NCBI GenBank assembly: GCA_049999805.1
Contig: JBNGIO010001013.1
Coordinates: 1-35,877, forward strand
Direction: 5' to 3'
DNA length: 35,877 nt
From: Folioceros fuciformis
Taxonomy: Eukaryota
Below the pieces are notes generated by a model. It was given only the letters and a program-made list of their open reading frames with translations, did not search any database and was not told the origin of the DNA. The translations under genes and the position numbers were made by a program. Positions 1 to 10,659 of this stretch are shown here, one piece after another (positions within the stretch are counted from its first letter, which is position 1; the number at the start of each line of letters is the position of its first letter).

Positions 1-85
1 TGGACCTCGCGGTACCCCCGGGTACCATATTTTAACCCCACAGGGACCCATGAACCAACTCATCATCACTCAAATGGTCCTCTTG

Positions 86-127
86 GGAGAGGGTGCCGGC
101 GGGCTGGCACCCTCTCCTCGTTGCTAG
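86..127 (+). mobile_element. GC-rich hairpin followed by CTAG; candidate Helitron 3' terminus
   Basis: GGAGAGGGTGCCGGC (86-100) pairs with GCTGGCACCCTCTCC (103-117) with one G-T pair; CTAG at 124-127. The next base is G rather than the expected T. Confidence 0.25.
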
Positions 128-540
128 GATTATATTGCATACAAAACACTGGTTTAGGCTAGGTGGTACTAGAAAAAGAATCATTGCCGGAATAGAAACC
201 CACCAGAATTTGTTTATTTGTACAAGGTGTAAATTTTGTCAAGAAGGTCTACGCCGCCCTTTAGAAAGGGGGACACTACATTCCCCTCTTACAAGTTTAC
301 CGCGTTTTAGATTCAACAATATTCTTAATTTATTTACATTTTATTGACCAAATGACAATCTACTACTTGCAAACCTATAATGCAAAGATACAAAGTAATA
401 TAGTTAGACTAAGTCAGCGTGTAAAGCTCCATGGGATCATGAGTAGGGTTGTGATATTCCCAACCTAGGTCAATAATCTTGCACCCAAATTCCCTCTACA
501 ACATGGTCGTCGACTGTACATGTGATCACTAATGCGTCAA

Positions 541-674
541 TTCCACTTAGCATGCATTGCATACACATGCAACAAGGAAGAGGTGAATACTCAAGTAGAT
601 TTACATGTTCCACTTAGTATGCATTGCATACACATGCAATAAGAAAGAGGTGAATACTCAAGTAGATTTACATG
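541..674. repeat. 67-bp direct tandem duplication (2 copies, 3 mismatches)
   Basis: ttccacttagYatgcattgcatacacatgcaaYaagRaagaggtgaatactcaagtagatttacatg at 541-607 and 608-674. Confidence 0.95.
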
Positions 675-1561
675 AATATCTTGGACAGTTAATGAGTGAA
701 AAAAAATGAATGGCTTAAGTGCTAAAGACAAGCCTTAATGCCCTCTTAGAAACATCATGTGTACAAGAGTATCTAGGGAATGAGACCGAGAAGTTAGACC
801 ATCGCCCAAGAATACTAAGAGTCTCCTTCCAACTAGAATTGTAGAACAACTTTTATGGACCTTGTAAGATGCTCAAAGTCAAACCCCTCTTCCCACTCTG
901 AGCTTGCAATCCTAGTAACCAAGAGCTAAATCAAGTTTTATTTAAGGGTACAAACGGATAAAAGTTTATGTACTAGTGTGCATTTGAAATGAACAATGTA
1001 GATTCTTGTAACTAATTATAGTACAATAATTATGTTATTATGTTGCGATGAATTATTATTGTACAAGTTGTCCATACATATGCTATTAGATATGAAATTA
1101 AGGCCATATTTGCGGAGGGGCAAATGTAAACGTGGAATAGAAATTGAAAATATATGCTTAATTGAGGAGGGTATTTAAATGGGTGGGCTGAGTGTCAACT
1201 ATCATTATCTTGTAGATAAGGTGATATTAGATTATTTTGTAGTAAAGGTGGATTATGAGGTGTAAAGGTATGTGGAAGAAATCTTTGGGAAGGAGGGAAC
1301 AAAGTAGCTACCTCAATAGTTAGAGGCAAGGTATGCTTTAAGTGCTAAGCAAGCATAGGCAAAGAGGATGCAAAAAAGAAGCCACCATTTGCTAAGACAA
1401 GCTAAGCCCTCATAATGGACATAAAGAAGATGTTAATGAATTTGAGAGTTTGGAAGTGTTTCAAAGGCATTGAACACTTCAGAACTACAAAGAACAACTT
1501 GAAGAGAGATTTCAAGAAGGTATAACTAGGAACAAGAAGTTGAAGAGGGCTTGCATGAACA

Positions 1562-1671
1562 TGTTGGCTAGTAAGCTTAAACGAGGGTGTTGGCTAGTAA
1601 GCTTAAACGAGGGTGTTGGCTAGTAAGCTTAAATGAGGGTGTTGGCTAGTAAGCTTGCATAAAGGTGTTGG
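1562..1671. repeat. 26-bp minisatellite, ~4.2 copies
   Basis: Unit tgttggctagtaagcttaaacgaggg starting at 1562, 1588, 1614 and 1640, plus a partial copy at 1666. Confidence 0.95.
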
Positions 1672-2167
1672 TTTAGGATTTCCTAGATGCATATAGTGAA
1701 AGGAAAGATGCTCTCCGTGCAAGTAGCTAGGTTCACTATGGTATAATTTATTACATACGAACTGCTCATACATAAATCCTGAAGTCCATAAGGCAAATTT
1801 GTCCTCTGATTACATCTACAACAATTTCAAAACTCAAAAACCTATACCTCCACCGGAAGCGTAACCTACGAGTCTTACGAGTTTGAATATCCCTCGCCCC
1901 TAAATAAAATTCTTCTCCTTTCACGTGTATCATCGACGGGAACTTTGTTACGGGGCTTATGTAGATAGAAGGAAGTGTTGGGTCATGGATTGTAGAGAAA
2001 CTCGAAGTCCACACTGCAAAAACCCTTTGGGCCATTTTTTAGGGTATGAATTGCGACTTCTTGGTGTCAGGGTTTAGCGCGGCAGGAGCTAGGTAGCAAT
2101 TGTGTACGCGCCCCGCCCGGGGAAATCTGGTGTCGGGTGCGAGGGTCAAGTTTTGCATCGAGGCGCC

Positions 2168-3423
2168 ATGATGCAGCAGATGCATGTGGACGTACCACCC
2201 AATCAAACGATCTACATCAACAATCTGAATGAGAAAGTGAAGAAAGAAGGTTTGCTGGGATTCCGAGCTTGTATGAGTTGGTGTCCAATTTGAGTTCTTC
2301 TCGCCGCCTTTGACACTCATCACAGCTGACAGTTTGAAATTGCATACAGAGCTAAAGAAGTCGCTGTACGCAGTATTTTCTCAGTTCGGGAAGATAGTTG
2401 ACATTGTCGCATGCAAGACATTGAAGCTGAGGGGACAGGCGTGGGTTGTGTTCGATGAAGTCACTGCTTCCACGAATGCCTTGCGCCAGATGCAAGACTT
2501 CCCCTTCTACGACAAGCCCATGGTATTTTCTTCGTCCCTTAGCCACTTGCTTCTCCTTTCCATTGCCCTGCTGCTCGTCTTTGTCGATTGGCAGCTGTGT
2601 CCTTTTCATGGCTGGCAGAGCCGGCAACCATGATTTCTGTTTGATGATTTTGAATGCTGCTTTCTTCCACAGGCGCTCCTTAGAAGGTTAGGGCTTTGGT
2701 CGGGAGTTTCAGGTTTTATCTGTTTGTGCGGTAACACAGTGATTGTTGGTCTCTTCAGAGGATACAATATGCGAAGTCGAAATCCGACGCAATAGCCAAG
2801 GCTGACGGAACTTACGTGCCTAAAGAGAAGCGTAAGAAACAAGAGGAGAAGGGTAAGTCATCTCCTGTGTACTTTCCGTTATACTTCTCTTGAATTTGTA
2901 CGTATCTCATCGTTTGTCTGTGCCTTGTGTTGGATGTTTTCAGCCGAGAGAAAGAGGAGGGAGGCACAACAGGATTCCTCACACGGTGGACAAGGTCATG
3001 GAGGCTACCCTGCTTACGGAGGAGGAGCTCCGGTAGAGTCTCAAGCATTCATTTTCTTGTTGTGTCCTGCTAAGGCTACGTGCATGGTATCTACAGGGTC
3101 ATGTGTGCTCCCTTCTCTGATCCATCACCTCGTTCCAGGTTTCTCAATCCCAGTTCCAGCGGCCAGCTCTTCAAGAGGCCCCAGCTCCGCCAAACAACAT
3201 CCTTTTTGTGCAGAATCTACCGCACGAGGCGAACACCATGATGCTGCAAATCTTATTCCAGCAGTTTCCAGGTTTCAAAGAAGTAAGGATGATTGAGGCC
3301 AAACCAGGCATCGCCTTCGTCGAGTTTGGCGATGACATGCAAGCAACAGATGCACTGCGGGCCTTGCAAAACTTCAAGATCAATCCCACGCATGCAATGC
3401 AAATCACTTATGCCAAAAAATAG
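2168..3423 (+). CDS. U2B'': U2 snRNP protein B'' (U1A/U2B''/SNF family, two RRMs), ~240 aa
   Basis: Exons 2168-2249, 2350-2522, 2759-2852, 2944-3032, 3139-3423; all introns GT-AG and frame-consistent. RRM1 [50 protein letters not shown], where DIVAxKTxKLRGQA is U2B''-like rather than U1A-like. RRM2 [12 protein letters not shown]...ITYAKK. Confidence 0.9.
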
Positions 3424-4379
3424 TCTCGTGGCAGCCATGTTTTTCGCATCAATCAGACATGCTAAGCAGTTTCTCAATTTGTCACGCTTGGTGCCTTGCT
3501 TTGTGTCATTTGAGCTGTCCTGCCGGTTGTTGCTGGGAACCAGGCATCGCAGAAATGAGTTTGTTAGGATCCTTATCTCAGCTTCAGTATGGCAACAGTA
3601 AAAGGTTTATCGGGCGCCCCTCCACGTCCTGGCCTTGGGCATCCTTGTTGGGTAAAGTTCTCTCTCTGAACCCACAGTACTCCACTTGAACTGCCGACAC
3701 TCTGCATTTCTCGGGCCCACTTCGATTCAGCTCTGTCGTCGCTCCTCAGCGTTTTGAAAGGGGGCCTTGACCTTGCTGGGCAGAGAGCAAATCTGACCCC
3801 ACAAGGTGTCTCCGTCAGCTTTGAGTGCAGATTGGCCTGTGAGCTATACGCATCTTGCAGCCGGGGCCACAAGCCAGACAGGAGACGGGCCTCAGGACAG
3901 CGTAAGTCATCCATGTGCCAGGCAACCCTAATCCTCCCAATGCAAACCAATGCATCCAGGGTTGCTCTCATACTCTCTCCTCATCATCCCAGGCCCGAAG
4001 CTCCCCTTGTAGTGTGCGTCCTCCTGATCTCAGTTAGGTGGAGTCTTCCAACTACATATCTGGCCTGGATGCTTTGGACAACTCACCCTCCCGTTGCCAC
4101 TGGAGCACAGTACGAGAGGACTGGCGAAAGCAATTACTGCGATTTCCTGTCTGTCATCACCAGCTGTGTAGGTAACCAGATTGTCAGATAAAAATGCCTC
4201 TCCTATGTGCGGTAGCATCATAAGCCCAGGGCTGCAGCTGGGGATGGGATTGTGTGCACGAGAATTTGTCCGTTTCATGAAATGTACCGTTAGAGGCCCA
4301 ACACGAGTCAGGACGTCCTAAAAGACCGTTTACACTGACTTTTATAGCTCGGGACTCCGACACAGCTGCGAGTTAATCA

Positions 4380-4536
4380 CAGGTAAGTATAACCTCGGTC
4401 TCGGGCACGGTTACCCCCACCTTTTCCCCTGTCCTTGTTCTTCTCTCTCTTTCGTATTTTCTCTCTCCTCTTGCTTGCCCACTTTCTGACTTGCCTGCCG
4501 GGCGTGCCCTCCTCTCGCCTCGCCTCTTTGCGACAG
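4380..4536 (+). other. Putative non-coding (5'UTR) intron with a perfect-consensus donor
   Basis: CAG|GTAAGTAT at 4380-4390, then a CT-rich stretch with no AG dinucleotide until the acceptor at 4535-4536; CTGAC branch-like motif at ~4486. Confidence 0.45.
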
Positions 4537-4954
4537 ATCCATCCGCTTCCGGACCCTTGCCTTTCCCCGCGCTCTGACGGCTACACTTCAAATCTGCCCT
4601 CGCGGCGCGCATCACGTTCGCTCGGCAACGTTTCTGCTCTCGCTTGCGGTCCCACGCATTGCTGCGCCTGGGCGGGTGCTGGCCGGACCGGGTGGGCATG
4701 CCCAAGGGGCTTGGTGGGAATGAGGCGGAGCAGTTCGGAGCACTGACAGCAGGAGGCGCAAGGTGCAGGTGCAGTACGCAGCTCTGCTGCTTGGGTATGC
4801 GCTTCTCGTCGGCTCTGCCGCTGCGAAGCTCAGGGGATCGCATTTGAGCGAAGCCGTACTACCGGGGGCAAGGGCAAGGCCGAGGGCAAGCAAGGGGCTG
4901 GGTCAAGGGCTGTGAGAAGAGGGTTCAAGCAGCCTAGCCACAGCATTCCTGCAC

Positions 4955-6465
4955 ATGGTGAGCCGTCCCCCTCCCTGCCGCTTTCCCTGCCCGCTGCTAT
5001 ATGTGGTACGTAGGTAGGTTTGTGGCGATCGTGGATGGTGCGAGCAGCGGGATGGGCCAGAAATCGGTTGCGGTCTCTGGGTGCATTAATGGGTGTATGC
5101 GCATGAGGATTGGTCTTGGAGGGCGTCTCGGTGGAAATGCAGTGCTCAATTATCCCCTTGGATTCGGGGTTCAGTAGGGTTGATGGATGCCTGGTTCCAG
5201 AACAAGGCATCCAGGCTTAGGGCTGCTGATTGATCTTGCACTGTGTCAGCCTGGGATATTGCCCGAAGTTTTCCTCACGTGCTCTGTCCTTGCCTAGGCA
5301 ACAAATGAGAATCTGCCACCGAAAGTGATTAAGGAGCTCGCTAGAGAGTTGAAAAGCTTGGATGAAAGCCCTCCTGAAGATATAAGGGTTCTTGTCAATG
5401 AAGACAACTTCTCCACTATCTTTGCAGACATTGAAGGACCGAGTACGTGCCCTTCCATGGAAGTTCTGTCTTGTCCAAGTGCTGGGAGCACTGTTGGAAG
5501 GAAGTGACCTGTCTTGGATTCTGTGCAGATGGCACCCCCTATGAAGGTGGCGTGTTTAGGATGAAGCTTATTTTGAATCAAGACTTTCCTCAAACACCCC
5601 CGAAAGGTATGCACTCCCAGGAGCACGTGATTGTTCAATTTGAGCATACCCCATCCCTTGGAGAAACGTGCCCTAGTAGCAGCATATGGACGTTGTGACC
5701 AAGACGTTGGTGGTGCGCAGGGTATTTTGTGACCAGAATTTTCCACCCGAACATAGCCAAAAATGGGGAGATATGTGTCAACACACTCAAGAAGGATTGG
5801 AAGCCAACACTTGGTCTTCGGCATGTTCTTCTGGTGTGCATCCTGCTGTGTCATGGGGATAATTGCTGCTTGTTTCGTAGTCCTAGTTCTGAGATTTGAA
5901 ATGATTGAGACGACAACCAGGTATATCTGCCTTTTCTGGCGAAGGCTGGTAACTGTGTGGGTCCCTGTCCCTTGCAGGTAGTAAGATGTCTGCTCATAGA
6001 ACCGTTCCCAGAATCAGCTTTGAATGAAGAAGCCGGGAAGATGTTGATGGAAGACTACGCAGGTTATGCCAAGCATGCTAGGTAACACACTGTCATGGAT
6101 ATTTCTGGTGGTACTGTTTTAAGAAATTATGGTCGATCCTTATCTGAGTTTGTGCTTGCAGGCTTATGACGAGCATACATGCCTTGAAGCCCAAACAGAA
6201 AAGTAAAGTGGCAATTGCTGAGTCAACAAGTGTGAATACTTCAGCACCAGACTCAGAGAAGGTTGTGCATGCCCCTTTGACTCACAGTACGGGCAACAAG
6301 GATAACATGAATATGGATTCAGCTTTGACAGCTCTGGGCAATGAGGCTGTGAATGCCAATATCTCGCCTACTGCCAAAAAGCCAAAGGGAGATTTGGGGT
6401 CTGCCAAGGTTCTTGTGGATAAGAAGAAGAATGATGTAAGAAAGAAAAGCTTGAAGAGGTTGTAG
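4955..6465 (+). CDS. UBC22: Ubiquitin-conjugating enzyme E2 S (UBC22/UBE2S, K11-chain E2), ~248 aa
   Basis: Exons 4955-4957 (ATG only), 5298-5442, 5529-5606, 5721-5833, 5978-6081, 6162-6465. [22 protein letters not shown], active-site [20 protein letters not shown] and basic C-terminus RKKSLKRL are typical of UBE2S. Confidence 0.93.
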
Positions 6466-7292
6466 TTGGACTGTCCCTCCATATTTAAAGGGTAGGCTAG
6501 AAACTGATTTAGGCTTAGACTACCTATATGTTCCATATGACTAATTTTCTCAGACTGTGTTTATCCTGTTAGCGGGTCTAAGCATGGGAAAGTGTGTCCC
6601 CGTAGATTACACGTAGGTTGGTTGTGCTTAGGTGTGAGGATAGCGAGATCCTAAAGCAGTCGGCAAACCTTTCATTTGGAGGGGATATCCCACACCAGCA
6701 GCATAATGCAGCTTGCAGCTCACACTCACTTGGTAAGCTGTACATTTTCAGTCACTGGATTGGCACTCATGTGCCTGCTGCTGTCTTGCTGTCTCCCTGC
6801 AGCATCGACTTCAGATTGTTACATGCATGGTATGATGCACAGGTGAACCAGAGAGGAGAGTGAGGCGGCTTCAAAGAACGTGATGAAACTCAGCTATATC
6901 CCCGTCCCGCCTTCGTTATGTAGTTCCCTTTCAGGGCGCTATCTGAGCGCTTTCCAGATTCTGTCCACAAGGTTGTGCTATGTGTATCATAAATGCTGTT
7001 TTTTCATCTGTCCTTTTGCATAGGCTAACTCAACTTCCTGTTGAGCACAGGCATCTCAATTCCAGTAGCAGAAAACGATCCACCTTCTGTAGCAGGCATG
7101 AAACAGCGATCCGAACATACTCGTTGCCTTATCACCTCAGACCTCTTGGTGAAGACGACATAGTAATAATACAAAATGAGGAAGCTGATGCGACGATTAC
7201 TGTCAGCTCACAATAATTAGGTACATGAAAGTTTGATGAGACAGGTTTTGTAAATTGCGTTGGCGAGTTAGGTAGCTTCCAGTGGTGGCCGT

Positions 7293-9120
7293 CTAGGCAG
7301 GCACAAATCCGTCATTGCCAGCCAGCGCTTGGTACTTGTCCTTGCGAGTGAAGTTGGTACACGTGAAGTTGAGCGTAGCCCCCAGGAGGCGCTGGATATG
7401 GTTGGCAACGTGGATGGCGCTTTTGCCGCCAGCGCAGGTGAGCTCCGGCGGCAGTTGCTCCAGGAAAGTGACCTCGTAGACGGGGAAAGGGTTCATGAAG
7501 AAGTAGAATGGATCCATGCACTTGGAGCCCCGTGCCGTGGTGCCGTGGAACATGGACATTCGATTCTGCATAGCCACAGGCACGATGCGATCGGCCAGCT
7601 GCGCAAAGAGCGAACTGAAGCGCAGCAGGAAGGGCTCCCTGCAGGTGGTGCCTTCGGGGCAGATGACCAGGTCTCCCTCCTCCAGCAGCTTCTGGATTTT
7701 TGCGGCGTCGGCTTCGCGGTTGCGGTCGAGCGGCACGGTGCGGATGGGAGACAGGAACTTTGACATCCGAGAGATGGAGTACGTGACCGCCGTGACCGGT
7801 CGGCCCAGCGCCACGGACAGGAAGATGGGGTCTAAGAGGGTTCGATGTGAACAGGCGAACAGCACCCCTAACTTGTTCTCCCTGCTCCCCTTCCCCACGG
7901 CCGCCGGGGGCTTCCCATTCACCACGACCCGGATCCCCAACCACTTGTAGGCGACGCGATACAGGGACATGGGCAGCAGGCAAACGACTCCAATGCGGGC
8001 CACGGCGAGCAAGAACCCGAAAGGGGCCCAGAGCAGCGTACAGAGGGCCACGAGTGGAGTCGGCCTGCGCACCAGCCGTCCGTCGTGGAACACCAAGGGC
8101 TTGGGGAGTTGCTCCATCGCCACCGCCGGCACTAATCCATTACTTGGCACCATGTACGTTTCCTGCGCCAGGAGATGACATGACATGGGGGCCGTTCAGA
8201 GAACACCGGTTTAAATCAAACGCGCAGAGTGCATTGCGACGTGTAGCAAATTCGATCCTCCGCCGTGCTAACGGCAGACCACACTCTCAACCACTGCAGT
8301 GCAGCGTGCATCAGAAGAAATACCTGACAGAAAGACCTGAAGTACGAGTCCATCGTGCGGTCCCCGAGCCCGACGTCGGGCTGCCGGGCCCCGGGCGATA
8401 TGGCCTGCAGCCCCGAACAGTCCCTGACTCTGCCGAAATTCCCGAACACCTTCGCCATGGCCAGCGCCTTGAGCTTCCCGTCCAGCACCCCGGGCTTCTC
8501 CACGAACCCGGTGGTTCTCCTGCCGGACGTGGCCTTGATTTCGGTGCCGAGCACCGCGTCCGCCTTCAGATACTCCTTGGCGAAGTGCTCGACCATAATC
8601 CGGGGAACAGCAGTCACAACATACCTGCCATCACGGCAACCAAGCGCATTACAGAATTGAAGGACCTAACTGCTAGAGCCAGCATGTAGCAGGAGAAACT
8701 TGCAAGCAAGCGTCACTTCTCGCAGCCACAGTCTCTACACACACACCTCTTGCCGAAGGCGGAGAAGACGCGCCAGGTTCCGGAATGCAGATCCTCGATA
8801 TAAAATTTAGGCAGCACGGCGCGCGCCACCAATTCAATTTCTTGTACTTTAAGCCCCGCGAAGGTGATGAAGGTGAGTAGCTTGATCCCCGCCGTCTTCG
8901 ACACGAAACTGTCGAGCAGCCAGGCCAGGGGCGAGGCCACCAGGAGCGTTGCGGCGCGCAACACGCCGCCGGCCTCGAACGCCACAAGCATGTAGTAAGG
9001 GAAGGGGCTTGTGTCGCGAAGCAGCGTCCCTTCCAGGTTCGAGATCACGGTCTCATCCTCCCTGTGCAGAATGTTGCACTTCGTCATCTCCGGGACGCTT
9101 CGATTGTTCTCCGACTCCAT
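7293..9120 (-). CDS. GPAT: sn-2 glycerol-3-phosphate acyltransferase (HAD-like + PlsC domains), paralog A, ~514 aa, HAD motif I altered
   Basis: Exons 9120-8747, 8624-8324, 8162-7293. HRTLLD and CPEGT acyltransferase motifs present. Exon 1 is 374 nt, the same as in paralog B, supporting the ATG at 9120. Motif I reads SNLEGTLL. Confidence 0.92.
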
Positions 9121-10659
9121 CCTGAACCCGTACGCCACTCCTCTTCCCCACAGCTTTGAAACGAGATCAGACATGGCGTTCACCCTGAACAAGCTCTGGT
9201 ACCCTTCCATTGGGTTGGCTCGGGTCGGGCCCTTCAACTGGTTACTTGCACACTCATAACCACGTCTAGGTACCTAGTCGATCTTCAGATCCATGTCCAT
9301 TCATCTTCTCCGTCCTTGGTTCGTGATTTCTCGACTTCCACCTGAATCTTACCATTTCAAAAACGTTAGCTCTCATGATATCAGATTGTGCTCGAGCTTG
9401 GCTACGTGATTTCTTTTAAATAATTTTAAAAATCATATTTGTCCTATGGTTGTATTAAAAATATATTAACAAAGTTAATATGTTAACAAAGTTAATTCTT
9501 ATAATTAATTTCACTTCACATAAGCGCCTATACAAGATTTAAAGGGTTGAAAATGATTAGAAAGAGATGAAGTCATTCATTTTAGTTGCTAGAATGACCG
9601 ATCAAACTATGCACTCCATTCATAATTCATCAATTATTCTAAGAACGATTGTAAGTTTTTATGAAAAAGAAGTTGTCTTATCAATGAAGTCACCATGAGA
9701 TTCATCATGAAGAAAGCATTGATCTCAACATTAGTCCACTCGGCATCTGGTGCGCGACTTAATCGTGGGCTCAATTTCCTAATCGCAGCTCCCAACCTCA
9801 CCTCGCGATAAGCATACTTAGATGCTAACTTAAGTAAACACTTCAATGTCTCATATTTTGGGAGAATTATAAAAGTTGTTGAGCGATTCCACTTCTCCCA
9901 ATGTCTTTCTAAAAGCCCTAAGTCTGATAAATAATACATATTGATGATATGTATTTTGGTCACTACTTATTGAACTTATTTGATAGCCAGGTTACTTTAC
10001 TTGAAGCTGTGTTCCAAACGTCCTAAGTCTGATCACTATTTAGTGAACTTAAAAGAATATGTTGTTGAAATTAGAACTCCAACTTTAATAACTAAGGGCT
10101 CTTTCTTATGGCCCTTCAAAATTAGTATGGTTGGAAATAACTATTCAGGCTACCTTATCCTTAAATAGAAGGCTTGTTCCCAGCAAAAATATTTAGAAAT
10201 GGGCCGCATTCTTTGGTTACATTTTCCAATTCCTAGCCGGGTGTGGAATATGATGTAGCCTTACTTTGATTAGTGTACTCTTGGTCTTGCGGCGCATCAG
10301 TATGGCATACTGCCCGAAGTGTTGCATCGCCTGAACCGGAGATGAGAATCTCCCACCCCAAGAGCTCGGGGGAATGAACGCTCTTGTGAAGGCAGGCAAC
10401 AGTTTACTTTGAATTCGAACATGAATTTCATACAGCGGTGCAGAGGCATTTCAACTTGTCGCAGAGAATGATCTGCAAGGAGCCAAGAATCAGAGAATGA
10501 ACTGCAATGGTGTGTAAATGTCATGTTGGCGAAGACGGCGCGCGTGGTGATCATACAAAATGAGAAGGCATCTGAGATGCATAGCTTGCCTCCATCTTAC
10601 AGAAGTGCGTAAAGGTTCGATGAATGAATAGGGTAAAGAGCGGTGTGGAGGAGAGGTAG

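Noticed and set aside
1562-1671. CRISPR-like array (also considered for 15164-15249)
   Set aside because: Units are contiguous with no unique spacers, and the context is eukaryotic with no cas genes.
4255-4295. U7 snRNA candidate (AGAATTTGTC resembles the U7 Sm site)
   Set aside because: Lacks the following TAG and a convincing 3' stem-loop, and has no pyrimidine-rich HDE-pairing 5' segment. A short match like this can arise by chance; a covariance search would be needed.
4225-4390. U1 snRNA gene on the minus strand (starts ATACTTACCTG)
   Set aside because: The match stops after 11 nt; there is no loop I GATCA.GAAG, no loop II ATTGCAC and no proper Sm site. Better explained as a plus-strand splice donor.
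3573-4843. ORFs of 130-156 aa between U2B'' and UBC22
   Set aside because: No recognisable motifs or coherent exon chain; the Arg/Glu-rich ORF is the complement of a CT-rich tract.
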